IMG/VR virus record: IMGVR_UViG_3300012000_000001
Span: 64,001-128,000 of that record
Source of the DNA: a virus
DNA length: 64,000 bases
Reading direction: 5' to 3' (one strand)
Part shown: piece by piece, positions 51,105 through 60,758 of the stretch
Numbering within the stretch: the first letter of the stretch is position 1
How the letters are laid out: every line of letters begins with the position of its first letter
Made by a program: the position numbers and the translations under genes
Notes under the pieces: model-generated
Seen by the model: the letters and a program-made list of their open reading frames with translations, nothing else
Databases searched by the model: none
Told to the model about the DNA's origin: nothing

Positions 51105-51506
51105 TTATTTCGTATCTCTCTCAACTTCTCTTAACCAAGAAATATTTTGTGTATTTAAAAACTCAACATATTTATCGAATAAAATTTTATTGACTTCTTT
51201 AAATGCCCACTCTGTTTTACAAACCTGATGAATTATGTTATGTTTTTTGTCTTTAAATGCACTGAGATATGGGATAGGATTATATGCTTCTCCTGTTGGA
51301 GAAATTTTAATAAAATACCTATAATGCTGACCCACACTATCAAAATGTTTGGGTTTTTTATTTTGGATGCATTTAGCTGCTATGTGTTTAGAGTTTGGGT
51401 CAGAAACTCTAGCTTTGTTATTCTCGTCTAGAAAATCCTCACTACCCTTTAAACAAAAAAACATTTCAGTAGTAATATCTGGCTTAGTCCTAAAAATATG
51501 TTCCAT
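51105..51506 (-). CDS. Hypothetical protein, paralogue of 50028-50408
   Basis: Start MEHIF at 51506 (TAATG overlap with the HNH stop). Confidence 0.75.
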   Translation of the reverse strand: MEHIFRTKPDITTEMFFCLKGSEDFLDENNKARVSDPNSKHIAAKCIQNKKPKHFDSVGQHYRYFIKISPTGEAYNPIPYLSAFKDKKHNIIHQVCKTEWAFKEVNKILFDKYVEFLNTQNISWLREVERDTK

Positions 51507-52096
51507 TAGTCTTTCCGGTATTGAATAAATGGCTCCCAATCAGACAATATGGGCGTACCACATATAGTAGTTAGTTCCTTGTACCAAGGCAAGTACTCCA
51601 CAGAATATCTAGGCTCGACTGGAGACTGCAACAAAGTCATACCAGCTTCGTTAGGAGTTTTATTGCCCTTTTTATGATTACATTGTCTACAGGCAGTGAC
51701 TATATTATACCAGTTGGTTGATGCTTTACGATTGGGCGAGTATCTGCTTTTAGGTATGATATGATCATATGTTAATTGTGAATTAGAACATTTTTGTCCA
51801 CAATATTGACATGTAAAATTATCACGAATAAAAAGATTGTGTCTAGAAAAATTAATCTTTCTATTGTAGAGATTAAAATATCTGATTGTTTTTGCTACAG
51901 AAGGTACGGGAAATCTTTTGTCATTAGGTCCATGAATAAATTTATCTTTATAATAAGATATTATTTCTATACCATAACTGCTATCATTTTCATACTTCAT
52001 AGACCAAACTATAGCACGTTGCCACGAGATTATCCTCAATGGCGTCATATCTGCATTTAATAATAAGCATTTACTGTGTTCAGCTTTGTTGCTCAT
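51506..52096 (-). CDS. HNH endonuclease (McrA-like)
   Basis: RDNFTCQYCG, TYDHIIPKS, NIVTACRQCNHKKGNKTP. Confidence 0.92.
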   Translation of the reverse strand: MSNKAEHSKCLLLNADMTPLRIISWQRAIVWSMKYENDSSYGIEIISYYKDKFIHGPNDKRFPVPSVAKTIRYFNLYNRKINFSRHNLFIRDNFTCQYCGQKCSNSQLTYDHIIPKSRYSPNRKASTNWYNIVTACRQCNHKKGNKTPNEAGMTLLQSPVEPRYSVEYLPWYKELTTICGTPILSDWEPFIQYRKD

Positions 52097-52811
52097 AACC
52101 ATCTAATCTGGATAAAATCTTAGCAATTATAGGATTGCGTACTATATCACAAGACTCCAGTTTAGCACAGCCTATGCCTTCCAAGCCCTGCAATGCATTA
52201 ATCATACCAGCAAATCCACCTTGCAAATGTCTATTTAAATCTGATTGTCCAGTATCTCCTGTTAATACCATTTTACTATCAGTGCCGGTACGAGTTAATA
52301 ACATTTTAAGCTGCTCGTATGAAGCGTTCTGACACTCATCTGCGACAATAAATGCGTTATGAAAGTTTCTGCCTCTCATCAACCCCAGTGGAACAACCTC
52401 TATTCTATTATTTAGTTTAAGTGTTGTATATTGGGCTGTTGATATGAAGTAATTTATTTCATCAAGAACAGGTAAAAGATACGGATGTAATTTCTCTTCT
52501 GCTGATCCTGGTAAATAACCCATCTTTTCTCCTGCTTCCAATATGGGTCGAGTTATGATAATTTTCTTTACCTTCTCGTCAAGCAGATGCTCTATAGCCA
52601 TACCAATTGCAATATGGGTCTTTCCACTACCCGCTAATCCTTGACAGAAGGTTATGGTATTTTCTGCTATCGTTCTAATATACTCTTTTTGATTTTCACT
52701 GCGAGGTTTTAATCTGTTGCGATAAGTTGAAAACGAATTATTGGGTTCTAGAGAATTGGTTAAATCGACTACTTTGGACTTCTTCTTGGAAGCTTTATTG
52801 TTTTTTCTCAA
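52080..52811 (-). CDS. phoH: PhoH-family ATPase
   Basis: GLAGSGKTH, IIITRP, MGYLPG, MRGRNF, DECQN, TGDTGQSD; probable TTG start at 52811. Confidence 0.93.
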   Translation of the reverse strand: MRKNNKASKKKSKVVDLTNSLEPNNSFSTYRNRLKPRSENQKEYIRTIAENTITFCQGLAGSGKTHIAIGMAIEHLLDEKVKKIIITRPILEAGEKMGYLPGSAEEKLHPYLLPVLDEINYFISTAQYTTLKLNNRIEVVPLGLMRGRNFHNAFIVADECQNASYEQLKMLLTRTGTDSKMVLTGDTGQSDLNRHLQGGFAGMINALQGLEGIGCAKLESCDIVRNPIIAKILSRLDGYEQQS

Positions 52812-52885
52812 GAGTATTCCTTTATAATGTGGGGGACTTATAATTACCAATTATGCATTAATAATACACCATTATGGGTATAATA

Positions 52886-53324
52886 TTATCTACCGCTGGA
52901 ACCAAATCCACCCTCTGATCTTAAAGTATCTTCTAAAGAATCAACTTTTTGAAAATTTAGGCAATGAAAAGTTTCAAAAATAATTTGTGCTATTCTATCA
53001 CCACATGTAATAGTAAATGTGCTATTTTGATCAGTATTATATAGCACTACCCCTATTTCTCCTCTATAGCCCGGATCTATAACTCCTGCTAGAACGTCGA
53101 TTCCGTTTTTAAATGCTAGTCCAGAACGTGGTGCTATGCGGCCATAAATTCCATCTGGTATAGCAAGAGACAACCCGGTTCGCACCAGTTTACGAGAGAG
53201 CGGAAGAATCTCAGTATTTTCTATTGAGTATAAAATCCGCTCCTGCGTCATTATTATTGGCTCTGATTGGAGTCCGAGCCGAAGGGTCAAGCTTAATAAA
53301 TTTGACACTTAGATTGGTATTCAT
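52886..53324 (-). pseudogene. dut: Trimeric dUTPase interrupted by a 1-nt insertion (pseudogene, sequencing error or recoding)
   Basis: Frame 1 from ATG 53324: MNTNLSVKFIKLDPSARTPIRANNNDAGAD, then stop at 53213-53211. Frame 2: LYSIEN...APRSG...GVIDPGYRGEI...GDRIAQ...RSEGGFGSSG. The junction is a T4 run (A4 at 53232-53235). Confidence 0.88.
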
Positions 53325-55523
53325 TTATAATAAACATGCTCCGCCAGCACAGCTAATTTCTTCTATACCTACAGTATTATCTTCTGACTCTGATAACTGT
53401 GTATAGTCAACTTTATTATAACTATTGTATAGGTCACAATAAATTTTCCAATTATAAACATCTTTCATACAATATGTTAAACGACGCAAATCAGAATCAA
53501 AATATTTACCGGCAAAATTCTTCATTTTTGTCATAAACTTTAGTTTACTAGCATCATCTGTTTCTTTGACTTGGTTCATGCTAACATAATCACATGCTGC
53601 CCATAAATTATTATTAAATGCATTTAATCCAAGCTCTATTAAGCCAGAGCACCACAATGCAGCATCTCCGTATTCTTTAACAATTTCTCTACTAGTATAG
53701 ACTGTAGTAAATGGAGCTTGTGGATAATCTTTATCTCCACTTTGAGGAATTAAACTAATTCCAGCAAAGTATTTGCGATTATTATAAATATATTTAGTTA
53801 CCTCTTCCCACTCGTCCGGTTTTACTGTTACAGTATTACTCACATTATGACTAAGGTAGTCCTGTGTACATAGTGATCTATTTTTGCCAGAATAAACCCA
53901 ATTTTTCTGAGTTTCTTTGACGACAGCTAACATCTCAGTAGCAGGTAATTGATTCTTTAACTTGGCACCATCCGGCACCTCGATAGGGAACTTAATAACC
54001 TCGTCTGTATTATTAGCAGACCATGAAGACTTCTCACAAGCTTGAGGGTTGTGTTTCTTGAAGTGTTGATATGGTGCTTCTAAAATATTAGCCTGAACAT
54101 GCCTAATGTATCTTTTAGCGTGATGTGGGTGGATACCTGAGCTTGTTCCCAACATTGAGCTAGAAGTGCCTTCTGGTTTTAAGCAAGTTACTCTGGCCGC
54201 TTGATTTATGCCAATTTTTTCAGATATACTCTTATTGGTATCTACAGCGATCTTTGCCCCATTCTTTAATATTTTCTCTGTAAGAATAATATCATGCTTT
54301 TCCATAATACCAGTTAAGGATACGCCAAGTAAGGCTTCTCTGTCGAAAATTCTCTTACTAGTTGCGCCTAGATAATCTAAATTAGTAAATCCAGCTTGTA
54401 GTGTTCCGATGATGGCAGCGGCTCTGCATCTCTCATAAAAATCTTCTTCATCAGTAACTGACGAACAGTTAATGGTTGAAAGATTGCACCCTTGCCATCC
54501 GCTTTCTCCTGTGGTTTCATCAACTGGCCACATACCTACTTCTACACATGGATTAAAAGTCATTTCTGTTGAATCGCTCCAGATAAATCCTGGCTCGCCA
54601 AATTCTTTGACAGATTCCATCAAAGCGTTGAATTCTTCGAAAGTAGTCGAGTCTTTAAGTAATAGGGCTGAGTTATTGCTTCTTGCTCTTTGAGGGTTAT
54701 CAATATACCAATTGCCCGTTTTAGCCTTAGCCATCTCTTCATCATCCGCACTAAACAGAGCTAAAGAAGCACTGCGTCTAACACCACCAGACAGAACAGC
54801 ATCACTGCTATGCATAATAATATCATATGCGTCAATAGGGCGAAGTTTCTTTTGTCCATTGGCGATACATCTATCTAATAGAGTTCTAATTTTTTCTAGA
54901 CCATTTTGAAGTGGTTCGAAACCGGGTGCCTTGCCAACACCGGAAGATAATTTAGATCCCTTAGTTCTAATATTAGAATAATCAAACACTACATATTGGT
55001 CTTTATATTTTTTAAATGCTTCTTCACTAGGTTTAGTAAAGTATGAACTGAGTAATACTCCTAGAGCATCAGCCCAGCCTTCTATGCTATCTTCAATGAT
55101 ATATTTAACACCAACCTCTGGAGTTTTAGGATTTTGTGATAGTGTCGGTAACTTAGATACATGGTGCTTTTGCACACTAAAGCCCGTACCACTACCGCAC
55201 AATAATAACCAAAAACATTCTTGAAAAAATCTTAATCTGTCGCAATAAGAGCTTGTGCAATTATAAATTTTGGCATGTCTTTTTAGGATTGGCTCGCCGC
55301 CAAATTGTAAAGCTCTTTGTGAGCCTAATACTTTCTTTTTAAACATTAGCTCATATGCCCAGTTAATATCTTCGGAGATATTCTTATCGGCATAGAAACT
55401 ATGCATCATGTTTTTAACACGATCTACAGCTTCTTTCCATGTCTCTCTGCGGTTCTTATCTTCGATCCATCTTGCATACTTACTAACAAACGTGTAATTT
55501 TGTAATTCTTGCAGAGCTGACAT
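53325..55523 (-). CDS. nrdJ: Class II (adenosylcobalamin-dependent) ribonucleotide reductase, monomeric RTPR type
   Basis: LLLCGSGTGFSV, GGVRRSA, RSNNS, FNPCVEV, CNLSTIN, TCLKPEGTSS, C-terminal SCAGGAC; no beta-subunit gene nearby. Confidence 0.88.
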   Translation of the reverse strand: MSALQELQNYTFVSKYARWIEDKNRRETWKEAVDRVKNMMHSFYADKNISEDINWAYELMFKKKVLGSQRALQFGGEPILKRHAKIYNCTSSYCDRLRFFQECFWLLLCGSGTGFSVQKHHVSKLPTLSQNPKTPEVGVKYIIEDSIEGWADALGVLLSSYFTKPSEEAFKKYKDQYVVFDYSNIRTKGSKLSSGVGKAPGFEPLQNGLEKIRTLLDRCIANGQKKLRPIDAYDIIMHSSDAVLSGGVRRSASLALFSADDEEMAKAKTGNWYIDNPQRARSNNSALLLKDSTTFEEFNALMESVKEFGEPGFIWSDSTEMTFNPCVEVGMWPVDETTGESGWQGCNLSTINCSSVTDEEDFYERCRAAAIIGTLQAGFTNLDYLGATSKRIFDREALLGVSLTGIMEKHDIILTEKILKNGAKIAVDTNKSISEKIGINQAARVTCLKPEGTSSSMLGTSSGIHPHHAKRYIRHVQANILEAPYQHFKKHNPQACEKSSWSANNTDEVIKFPIEVPDGAKLKNQLPATEMLAVVKETQKNWVYSGKNRSLCTQDYLSHNVSNTVTVKPDEWEEVTKYIYNNRKYFAGISLIPQSGDKDYPQAPFTTVYTSREIVKEYGDAALWCSGLIELGLNAFNNNLWAACDYVSMNQVKETDDASKLKFMTKMKNFAGKYFDSDLRRLTYCMKDVYNWKIYCDLYNSYNKVDYTQLSESEDNTVGIEEISCAGGACLL

Positions 55524-55663
55524 TATGATCTCCTAGAGTTTAGAATAGCCGCTAATCCGATTATAACAACGGCGTGAAAAGAATAATTTATAGTGTCAAT
55601 ATTATCACTAAAAAAACGTTGATACATATATACTATTGTGGATATGTAAAATGCTATAGACAT
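55523..55663 (-). CDS. 46-aa hydrophobic microprotein (not in ORF track)
   Basis: MSIAFYISTIVYMYQRFFSDNIDTINYSFHAVVIIGLAAILNSRRS*; its TAA overlaps the nrdJ ATG (TAATG). Confidence 0.6.
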   Translation of the reverse strand: MSIAFYISTIVYMYQRFFSDNIDTINYSFHAVVIIGLAAILNSRRS

Positions 55664-55665
55664 GA

Positions 55666-56130
55666 TTATACACCAGGAATGTTTTTGAGCCATGATAAAT
55701 CTGGTTTGACTCGAACGATTTTTATGCCACTCATCTTAACAAATAAATCAAATCTTGCTTTAGCATTTTCGTCAAATAAATGTGTACCGTGATCGTCCGA
55801 CATAACAACAGTAGTCACACCCTCTTGCCACAAGGCCATAATACAATCATTGCAACTTTGACCTGTAACATAAGCTATTCCGTTATCCGGCCTAACAACA
55901 CAATTGCTTAGAGCATTACGTTCGGCATGAATCATCCAAGGATATTTTTCTGGCCTAGTAGTAGGCAGTTTTGTATCGGATAAGCCTCTAGGAAAACCAT
56001 TGTATCCTACACCCAATATTCTATTATTTGTATCTGTGATTACGCAGCCGTGCTGCGTGTGAATGTCGTGACTGCGTTGAGAAATCACACGAGCCAACCC
56101 AAGAAAATAATCAGTCCATTGTGGTCTCAT
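55666..56130 (-). CDS. dCMP deaminase
   Basis: GYNGFPRG, IHAERNAL, VTGQSCNDC. Confidence 0.92.
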   Translation of the reverse strand: MRPQWTDYFLGLARVISQRSHDIHTQHGCVITDTNNRILGVGYNGFPRGLSDTKLPTTRPEKYPWMIHAERNALSNCVVRPDNGIAYVTGQSCNDCIMALWQEGVTTVVMSDDHGTHLFDENAKARFDLFVKMSGIKIVRVKPDLSWLKNIPGV

Positions 56131-56170
56131 AGTATAGTTGTCTCAAAAGCCGTGTATCGACGATGAGGTT

Positions 56171-56198
56171 ATTATATCACTACAGAACCCAAAGTCAA
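56171..56198 (-). promoter_or_regulatory. Sigma70-type promoter upstream of dCMP deaminase
   Basis: TTGACT (56198-56193), 16 nt, TATAAT (56176-56171). Confidence 0.7.
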
Positions 56199-56267
56199 CC
56201 ACCATTTCATAGAATCGTCCAATTCAAATAATCGACCGGCGTCTTGCACAAATAAACATTATTACAC

Positions 56268-56921
56268 TTAATAAACTATAGATTGCAATAATTTTTCCAT
56301 AATTTCAAATTTACTTTGATTAGTAGATACGCATGACACTTGAGGTATATGAACTAACGACCCAATTAATGGATAATCAACCACAGCCATTATTGATCTA
56401 TATATCAGTTTATGATAAGATAGCATGACCATATCAGAAGAATGTGCTTTATCATCAATTTTGATATAAAATTCTTTTTGGTGCGCCATGTAAACAAAGT
56501 GATCTATTGCCTTTTGAAAATCTACATCTGTACCGGACACAACACAAGGCACATGGTTTTGGTATATCGTGAGGCCGTCTCTGTTAAACATATCCAGATC
56601 TGTCATACCTAGGTTTAATACATCGTAGTCAATCATTATTCCACCACCGACAACAACCATAGCCACCCACCTCATAAAACAATGATAATCATACGGAATA
56701 GGATTGGCACTCGGTATACTCGCAAATATAGATTTATAAAAATCATATTTAGAATGTTGTCTAGCCATATCTTCTGATAAGACTTTAAAATCCCAACCGT
56801 GCCTATTCCAAGACCTTTGACACAATCCTATGAGTTGTTCTTGATCATAGTTTCTATTATTATTTATATCACTAATTAACTCATAATATGTATGGCATTT
56901 TTTATTCACGATAGTAGCCAA
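56268..56921 (-). CDS. Putative GT-A glycosyltransferase-like protein
   Basis: RWVAMVVVGGGIMIDYDV (GG..DxD pattern); SSDMVML. Confidence 0.55.
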   Translation of the reverse strand: MATIVNKKCHTYYELISDINNNRNYDQEQLIGLCQRSWNRHGWDFKVLSEDMARQHSKYDFYKSIFASIPSANPIPYDYHCFMRWVAMVVVGGGIMIDYDVLNLGMTDLDMFNRDGLTIYQNHVPCVVSGTDVDFQKAIDHFVYMAHQKEFYIKIDDKAHSSDMVMLSYHKLIYRSIMAVVDYPLIGSLVHIPQVSCVSTNQSKFEIMEKLLQSIVY

Positions 56922-57691
56922 TGATTGTTAATTTTCATATTAGATATTTTATTTTTACCAGTAACGTAAGTATAATGTAGCATCCAATAATTTTTATTTT
57001 GTTTGTATAAATAATCTACAGATAAATTTGGAAATACAGATTTGGGCAAAGTCAATATTTTCAAATCGCTGGAAAGTAATTGTTTGTTAATGAACGATTG
57101 ATTACCGCTATTTTCCGACATATCTTTGTGATTATAGGTAAATAAATCATCAATAATTTTTTGATAATTTTTAGTATTCATGATCATGAAACCGGTGCAA
57201 TAACTGTAACAATAATGTTTATACACTAATTTAGAGTCTATAATTTCTGTACACTCGTCGTGATTTAATAAGTAGTCCTCGCCATCTTGAAAAATAACAT
57301 CATAATCGCTATTAGCTAAATACGTATTTAATAATGTTATAAAATTATTATTGATCCATATATCTGTATCTATATAAATAATGTTGTCATATATGTTATG
57401 AAACATTTTTAAGATTTTGGTTTTAATATTAAGCTTATAAAATACTAATGTTTTGTAGTCTGTGCTTTGCCACTCTAAAAATTTATCGGTAATCGAATCG
57501 TCACACTCGTCTACCAGCAAAATACAGCCATATTTAGTATATTTACCTAAAGCATTATAGCTAGTTTTGTCTAAGCACACTATAACTAAAGAATTAAGCA
57601 ATATACTGTCTAATTCTATGCACCTCTGTAAAAAATTTTTTACAATATCTAGATACCCATAGTTTGTAATTATAAAATATAAATTTTTCAT
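56906..57691 (-). CDS. Nucleotide-diphospho-sugar transferase (GT77-like)
   Basis: LVIVCLD, LVFYKL, IYIDTDIW, VIFQD, CTGFMIM, NQSFIN, LHYTY. Confidence 0.8.
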   Translation of the reverse strand: MKNLYFIITNYGYLDIVKNFLQRCIELDSILLNSLVIVCLDKTSYNALGKYTKYGCILLVDECDDSITDKFLEWQSTDYKTLVFYKLNIKTKILKMFHNIYDNIIYIDTDIWINNNFITLLNTYLANSDYDVIFQDGEDYLLNHDECTEIIDSKLVYKHYCYSYCTGFMIMNTKNYQKIIDDLFTYNHKDMSENSGNQSFINKQLLSSDLKILTLPKSVFPNLSVDYLYKQNKNYWMLHYTYVTGKNKISNMKINNHWLLS

Positions 57692-58456
57692 TTATAAGAT
57701 GCCTTTAATTTCTGAATCCGTCGGATTGTTTCGCAGCCAATTTATCATTATAGAAAAAGAACTTTCATTAGAACCAATAAAGACTTTGCACTTTTGCAAG
57801 ATGTAAAAGTCTGCTACTGTGTGTAGATCTGTTGTGTATCTCGTAACATTCGATCTGTTATAAGGACCATGAAATTTGGATTTGCCATTGTGTATTGTCT
57901 GATACACATGTAGTCTGTCTTGAAAAATTTTGAACCATTTGTTTTGAGTTTCTGCATTATCTGTAGCTAAAAAAATAGATTCTGTTTTTGATAATAATGT
58001 ATCAATAATACTTTTTTCATCTATGGGCGGATGTCTATTTTTATCTTGTTCCAGTAGAGCTGTTTTGCATCCTGTTCTTAAATGTACTCCGATACACTGA
58101 TTAATATTATTTTCTTTAATATATGACTCAAATAATTGTACTGGCATAGGTTTGTATTTTAATTTTTTATATGCCAATCTAATAATATCTTTAGCATTAA
58201 ATTCTTTCACCATATTAGAAAAAGATTGTGTAATAATTGGATCATTATTAATTGGCTTATCAGTAGGCTGTAAATGATATAAATATCTAAAAGGAAAGAA
58301 AAATTTATCAAATCGTACATTATTATGATTATTTATAATCCATTCTTGCTGTGCTGCTTGTGCTTCTCCAATACTAACTAAAAAATTAGCCGCTAGAGAT
58401 AGTCTTAGTTGGTTAATAAAACCATCAGGACATTTAATTAAAATTGTTTTATTCAT
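57692..58456 (-). CDS. NodZ/O-fucosyltransferase-like glycosyltransferase
   Basis: GFINQLR, IGVHLRTG, IFLATDN, ADFYILQKCKVFIGSNESSFS. Confidence 0.78.
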   Translation of the reverse strand: MNKTILIKCPDGFINQLRLSLAANFLVSIGEAQAAQQEWIINNHNNVRFDKFFFPFRYLYHLQPTDKPINNDPIITQSFSNMVKEFNAKDIIRLAYKKLKYKPMPVQLFESYIKENNINQCIGVHLRTGCKTALLEQDKNRHPPIDEKSIIDTLLSKTESIFLATDNAETQNKWFKIFQDRLHVYQTIHNGKSKFHGPYNRSNVTRYTTDLHTVADFYILQKCKVFIGSNESSFSIMINWLRNNPTDSEIKGIL

Positions 58457-58501
58457 AATTAATAATATTTAAATTTTTAGTATAAAAAAGTTAATATTTT
58501 T

Positions 58502-58728
58502 TTAGAGTCGGTAAGAGTATTCGTCTATATTTTTTGGTATCATATAATTTCGCCTAAGATAATATCTATATCATGCATAGAAATAATATTTGTTAATTCT
58601 AAGTTATTTTTATTGCTGAGGTCGGAATATAAATATGCTTTATTTATCTTGATCTGACATTCTATCTATAATTCTGTAAATATATCTATCATATAGTTTC
58701 GATTATAATCATTGATATAACCATCCAT
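58502..58728 (-). pseudogene. Amber-interrupted 62-codon ORF followed by a 13-aa MIPKNI stub
   Basis: ATG 58728 (TAATG-coupled), TAG at codon 21, frame open to TGA 58540; ATGA-coupled MIPKNIDEYSYRL* at 58543-58502. Confidence 0.4.
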
Positions 58729-60758
58729 TAATGTCCTCTTAAAACCTCATTATTATAACTATTGAATTGTTTGCTAGTTTTTGTTATATTATTTTTTTGT
58801 ATACTATTTTGATAAAATCCCATAGTCTGACCATATAGTAGATAGTGATGATACGCTCTTTGTGCTGGACTATATTCGCTATATCCTTCTGGAGACATAT
58901 AGTAATTTTGAACTATTGGGTATTCTGATAAATAAAAGTAGCTATCGAAATCTTCTGGGGGATTTAAACAGTTTTCTATCTTAATAATAGATAATTCTGT
59001 TATTTTTTTATGAATAATTGCCGGGTTATATTTTTTTATAATATCAGATACTTTTACATTGGTGTCATGTGAATCTTTAGTGCTATAATTATAAATTAAA
59101 TTATTAATGCTATAATTTCGTTTAATAAATTGCCATAACAGCCTATGAGAATCGTCAAAATTAAAATAATCTTCAATAATTTGATAAATAACATAATCAT
59201 AAGGCATATGATCCATGACATTTAGAATATAGCTTGGTAGAAGATTAAAACAAAAATCCATGAACCGTATAAATGTAGAACAGCCGGTGGCATATAAACA
59301 AATCCCGCCATTAAGATGCTGATTTACAATATTGCTGTATGTGGCTTCATTATATCCGTCATATATTGAACCAGATATCCAAAAAGACCCAGAGAATCTA
59401 GTATAATTATATATTCTTTCCAACCATTCATCTGTTAAATAGCAATCACACTCTAAAAATAAAGTAGTATTATATACTGTTAAAAATTTAAATGTTTGAA
59501 AAAAACTATAATTGGGTCCAGATTTATATCCATAGGTTAGGTCGCTATTCGTCTTTGTTGTATTATAAAAATTATATTTATCTGGAATATTAATATCTAT
59601 GATTTCTACTTTTTTAAATAAACTAGATAATAAATTTATATCAATTAAACTATAGTTGTCTGTTGTACAAAAAATCTTAAAATCCAATAGTTTTGCGAAG
59701 TGGGCGTTGATGGGGTTTTGAGCTATTGATTTTTGAATATTCTTTAAAAAATAAGAGTATTGATTGTCTTGTAATTCAGACCCGGTTATAAGTAATGCTA
59801 CGCATTCTAGTTTATTATCATAAGCTGATAAAAAATTATTATTTATATATGGATCAATACTGAAAATAGGATTGTGACTAGGTTTGTCGTTCAACGAATA
59901 GCTGGTGCGTTGTTTGTTTGCTCTATAATCTATATGAATAGCATTAATTTCTGGATATAAATTTACGCAATTAATTTTTTGCTCTATTAACGCTTGTTTA
60001 AGTAGTCGGTCACAGTTACCATAACCTAGTTTAAAATTTAAAATTGAAATATCAGATAGTCTGGGCGAATGTCTATAAATCCAGCAATCGTGAGAATAGA
60101 GTGGATTTGTTGGTGGAGCACTTTCGTCATAGTAATCTTTGCTTGGTATGATTTTTTTAGTTTCATGGTGCAAATCTTTGCGGGTTACCATATAGAAAGT
60201 GTGCTGATCAAATGTTTGATTATTTAATTTATCTATTGTCTCATCTAAATAAATATCAGAATTGATTAGTATTTTGATAGCATTAGCGTAATGTTCATTT
60301 GCATATTTTATCCAATCATAATAAGATAATCGATCTTTTATAAAAGAAATAGAAATTTTTGTAGAATTAAGTTCTTGTTGCAAATCTGAGATGGGGCCGA
60401 TATTTTTAGTGTCTGAGAATATATGAATATGATCAATATAAGAATTATTAATATTTTTTTTTAAACATACAAGTCTATTTTCTTTAGTATTATCATCGCA
60501 ATACCATTGAACAAACAATATCTTAAAATTATCATTGGTGTTCTGATATTTTTGTTGTTGGGCCACTATTTTTGAGGGAATAAAAAAAGCATTGCTCTGC
60601 TTATATACTCTATTTTCATATTGACCATAATGTAAATAATGTGTCCTACAGTGTGCTTCAGTTTTTAATCCGGCTTTCTGTAGATCAGGATGATTTTTTA
60701 AGTAGTATTCCCAATCAAAATCGTTTGGGATATTTTTATTATCGTATCGATTAGCCAT
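58728..60758 (-). CDS. Multidomain glycosyltransferase-like protein with terminal DF-D-x-x-YL repeats
   Basis: ILINSDIYLD and FLECDCY (two DxD-like sites); PNDFDWEYYL...HYLHYG at the N-terminus and PEDFDSYFYL...HYLLYG at the C-terminus; start MANR at 60758. Confidence 0.65.
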   Translation of the reverse strand: MANRYDNKNIPNDFDWEYYLKNHPDLQKAGLKTEAHCRTHYLHYGQYENRVYKQSNAFFIPSKIVAQQQKYQNTNDNFKILFVQWYCDDNTKENRLVCLKKNINNSYIDHIHIFSDTKNIGPISDLQQELNSTKISISFIKDRLSYYDWIKYANEHYANAIKILINSDIYLDETIDKLNNQTFDQHTFYMVTRKDLHHETKKIIPSKDYYDESAPPTNPLYSHDCWIYRHSPRLSDISILNFKLGYGNCDRLLKQALIEQKINCVNLYPEINAIHIDYRANKQRTSYSLNDKPSHNPIFSIDPYINNNFLSAYDNKLECVALLITGSELQDNQYSYFLKNIQKSIAQNPINAHFAKLLDFKIFCTTDNYSLIDINLLSSLFKKVEIIDINIPDKYNFYNTTKTNSDLTYGYKSGPNYSFFQTFKFLTVYNTTLFLECDCYLTDEWLERIYNYTRFSGSFWISGSIYDGYNEATYSNIVNQHLNGGICLYATGCSTFIRFMDFCFNLLPSYILNVMDHMPYDYVIYQIIEDYFNFDDSHRLLWQFIKRNYSINNLIYNYSTKDSHDTNVKVSDIIKKYNPAIIHKKITELSIIKIENCLNPPEDFDSYFYLSEYPIVQNYYMSPEGYSEYSPAQRAYHHYLLYGQTMGFYQNSIQKNNITKTSKQFNSYNNEVLRGH

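Noticed and set aside
53325-56130. nrdJ, phoH and dCMP deaminase as novel auxiliary genes
   Set aside because: These are common in aquatic phages.
58666-58668. Genome-wide TAG reassignment
   Set aside because: TAG terminates well-defined genes (11410, 13295, 30040) and long ORFs are intact under the standard code.
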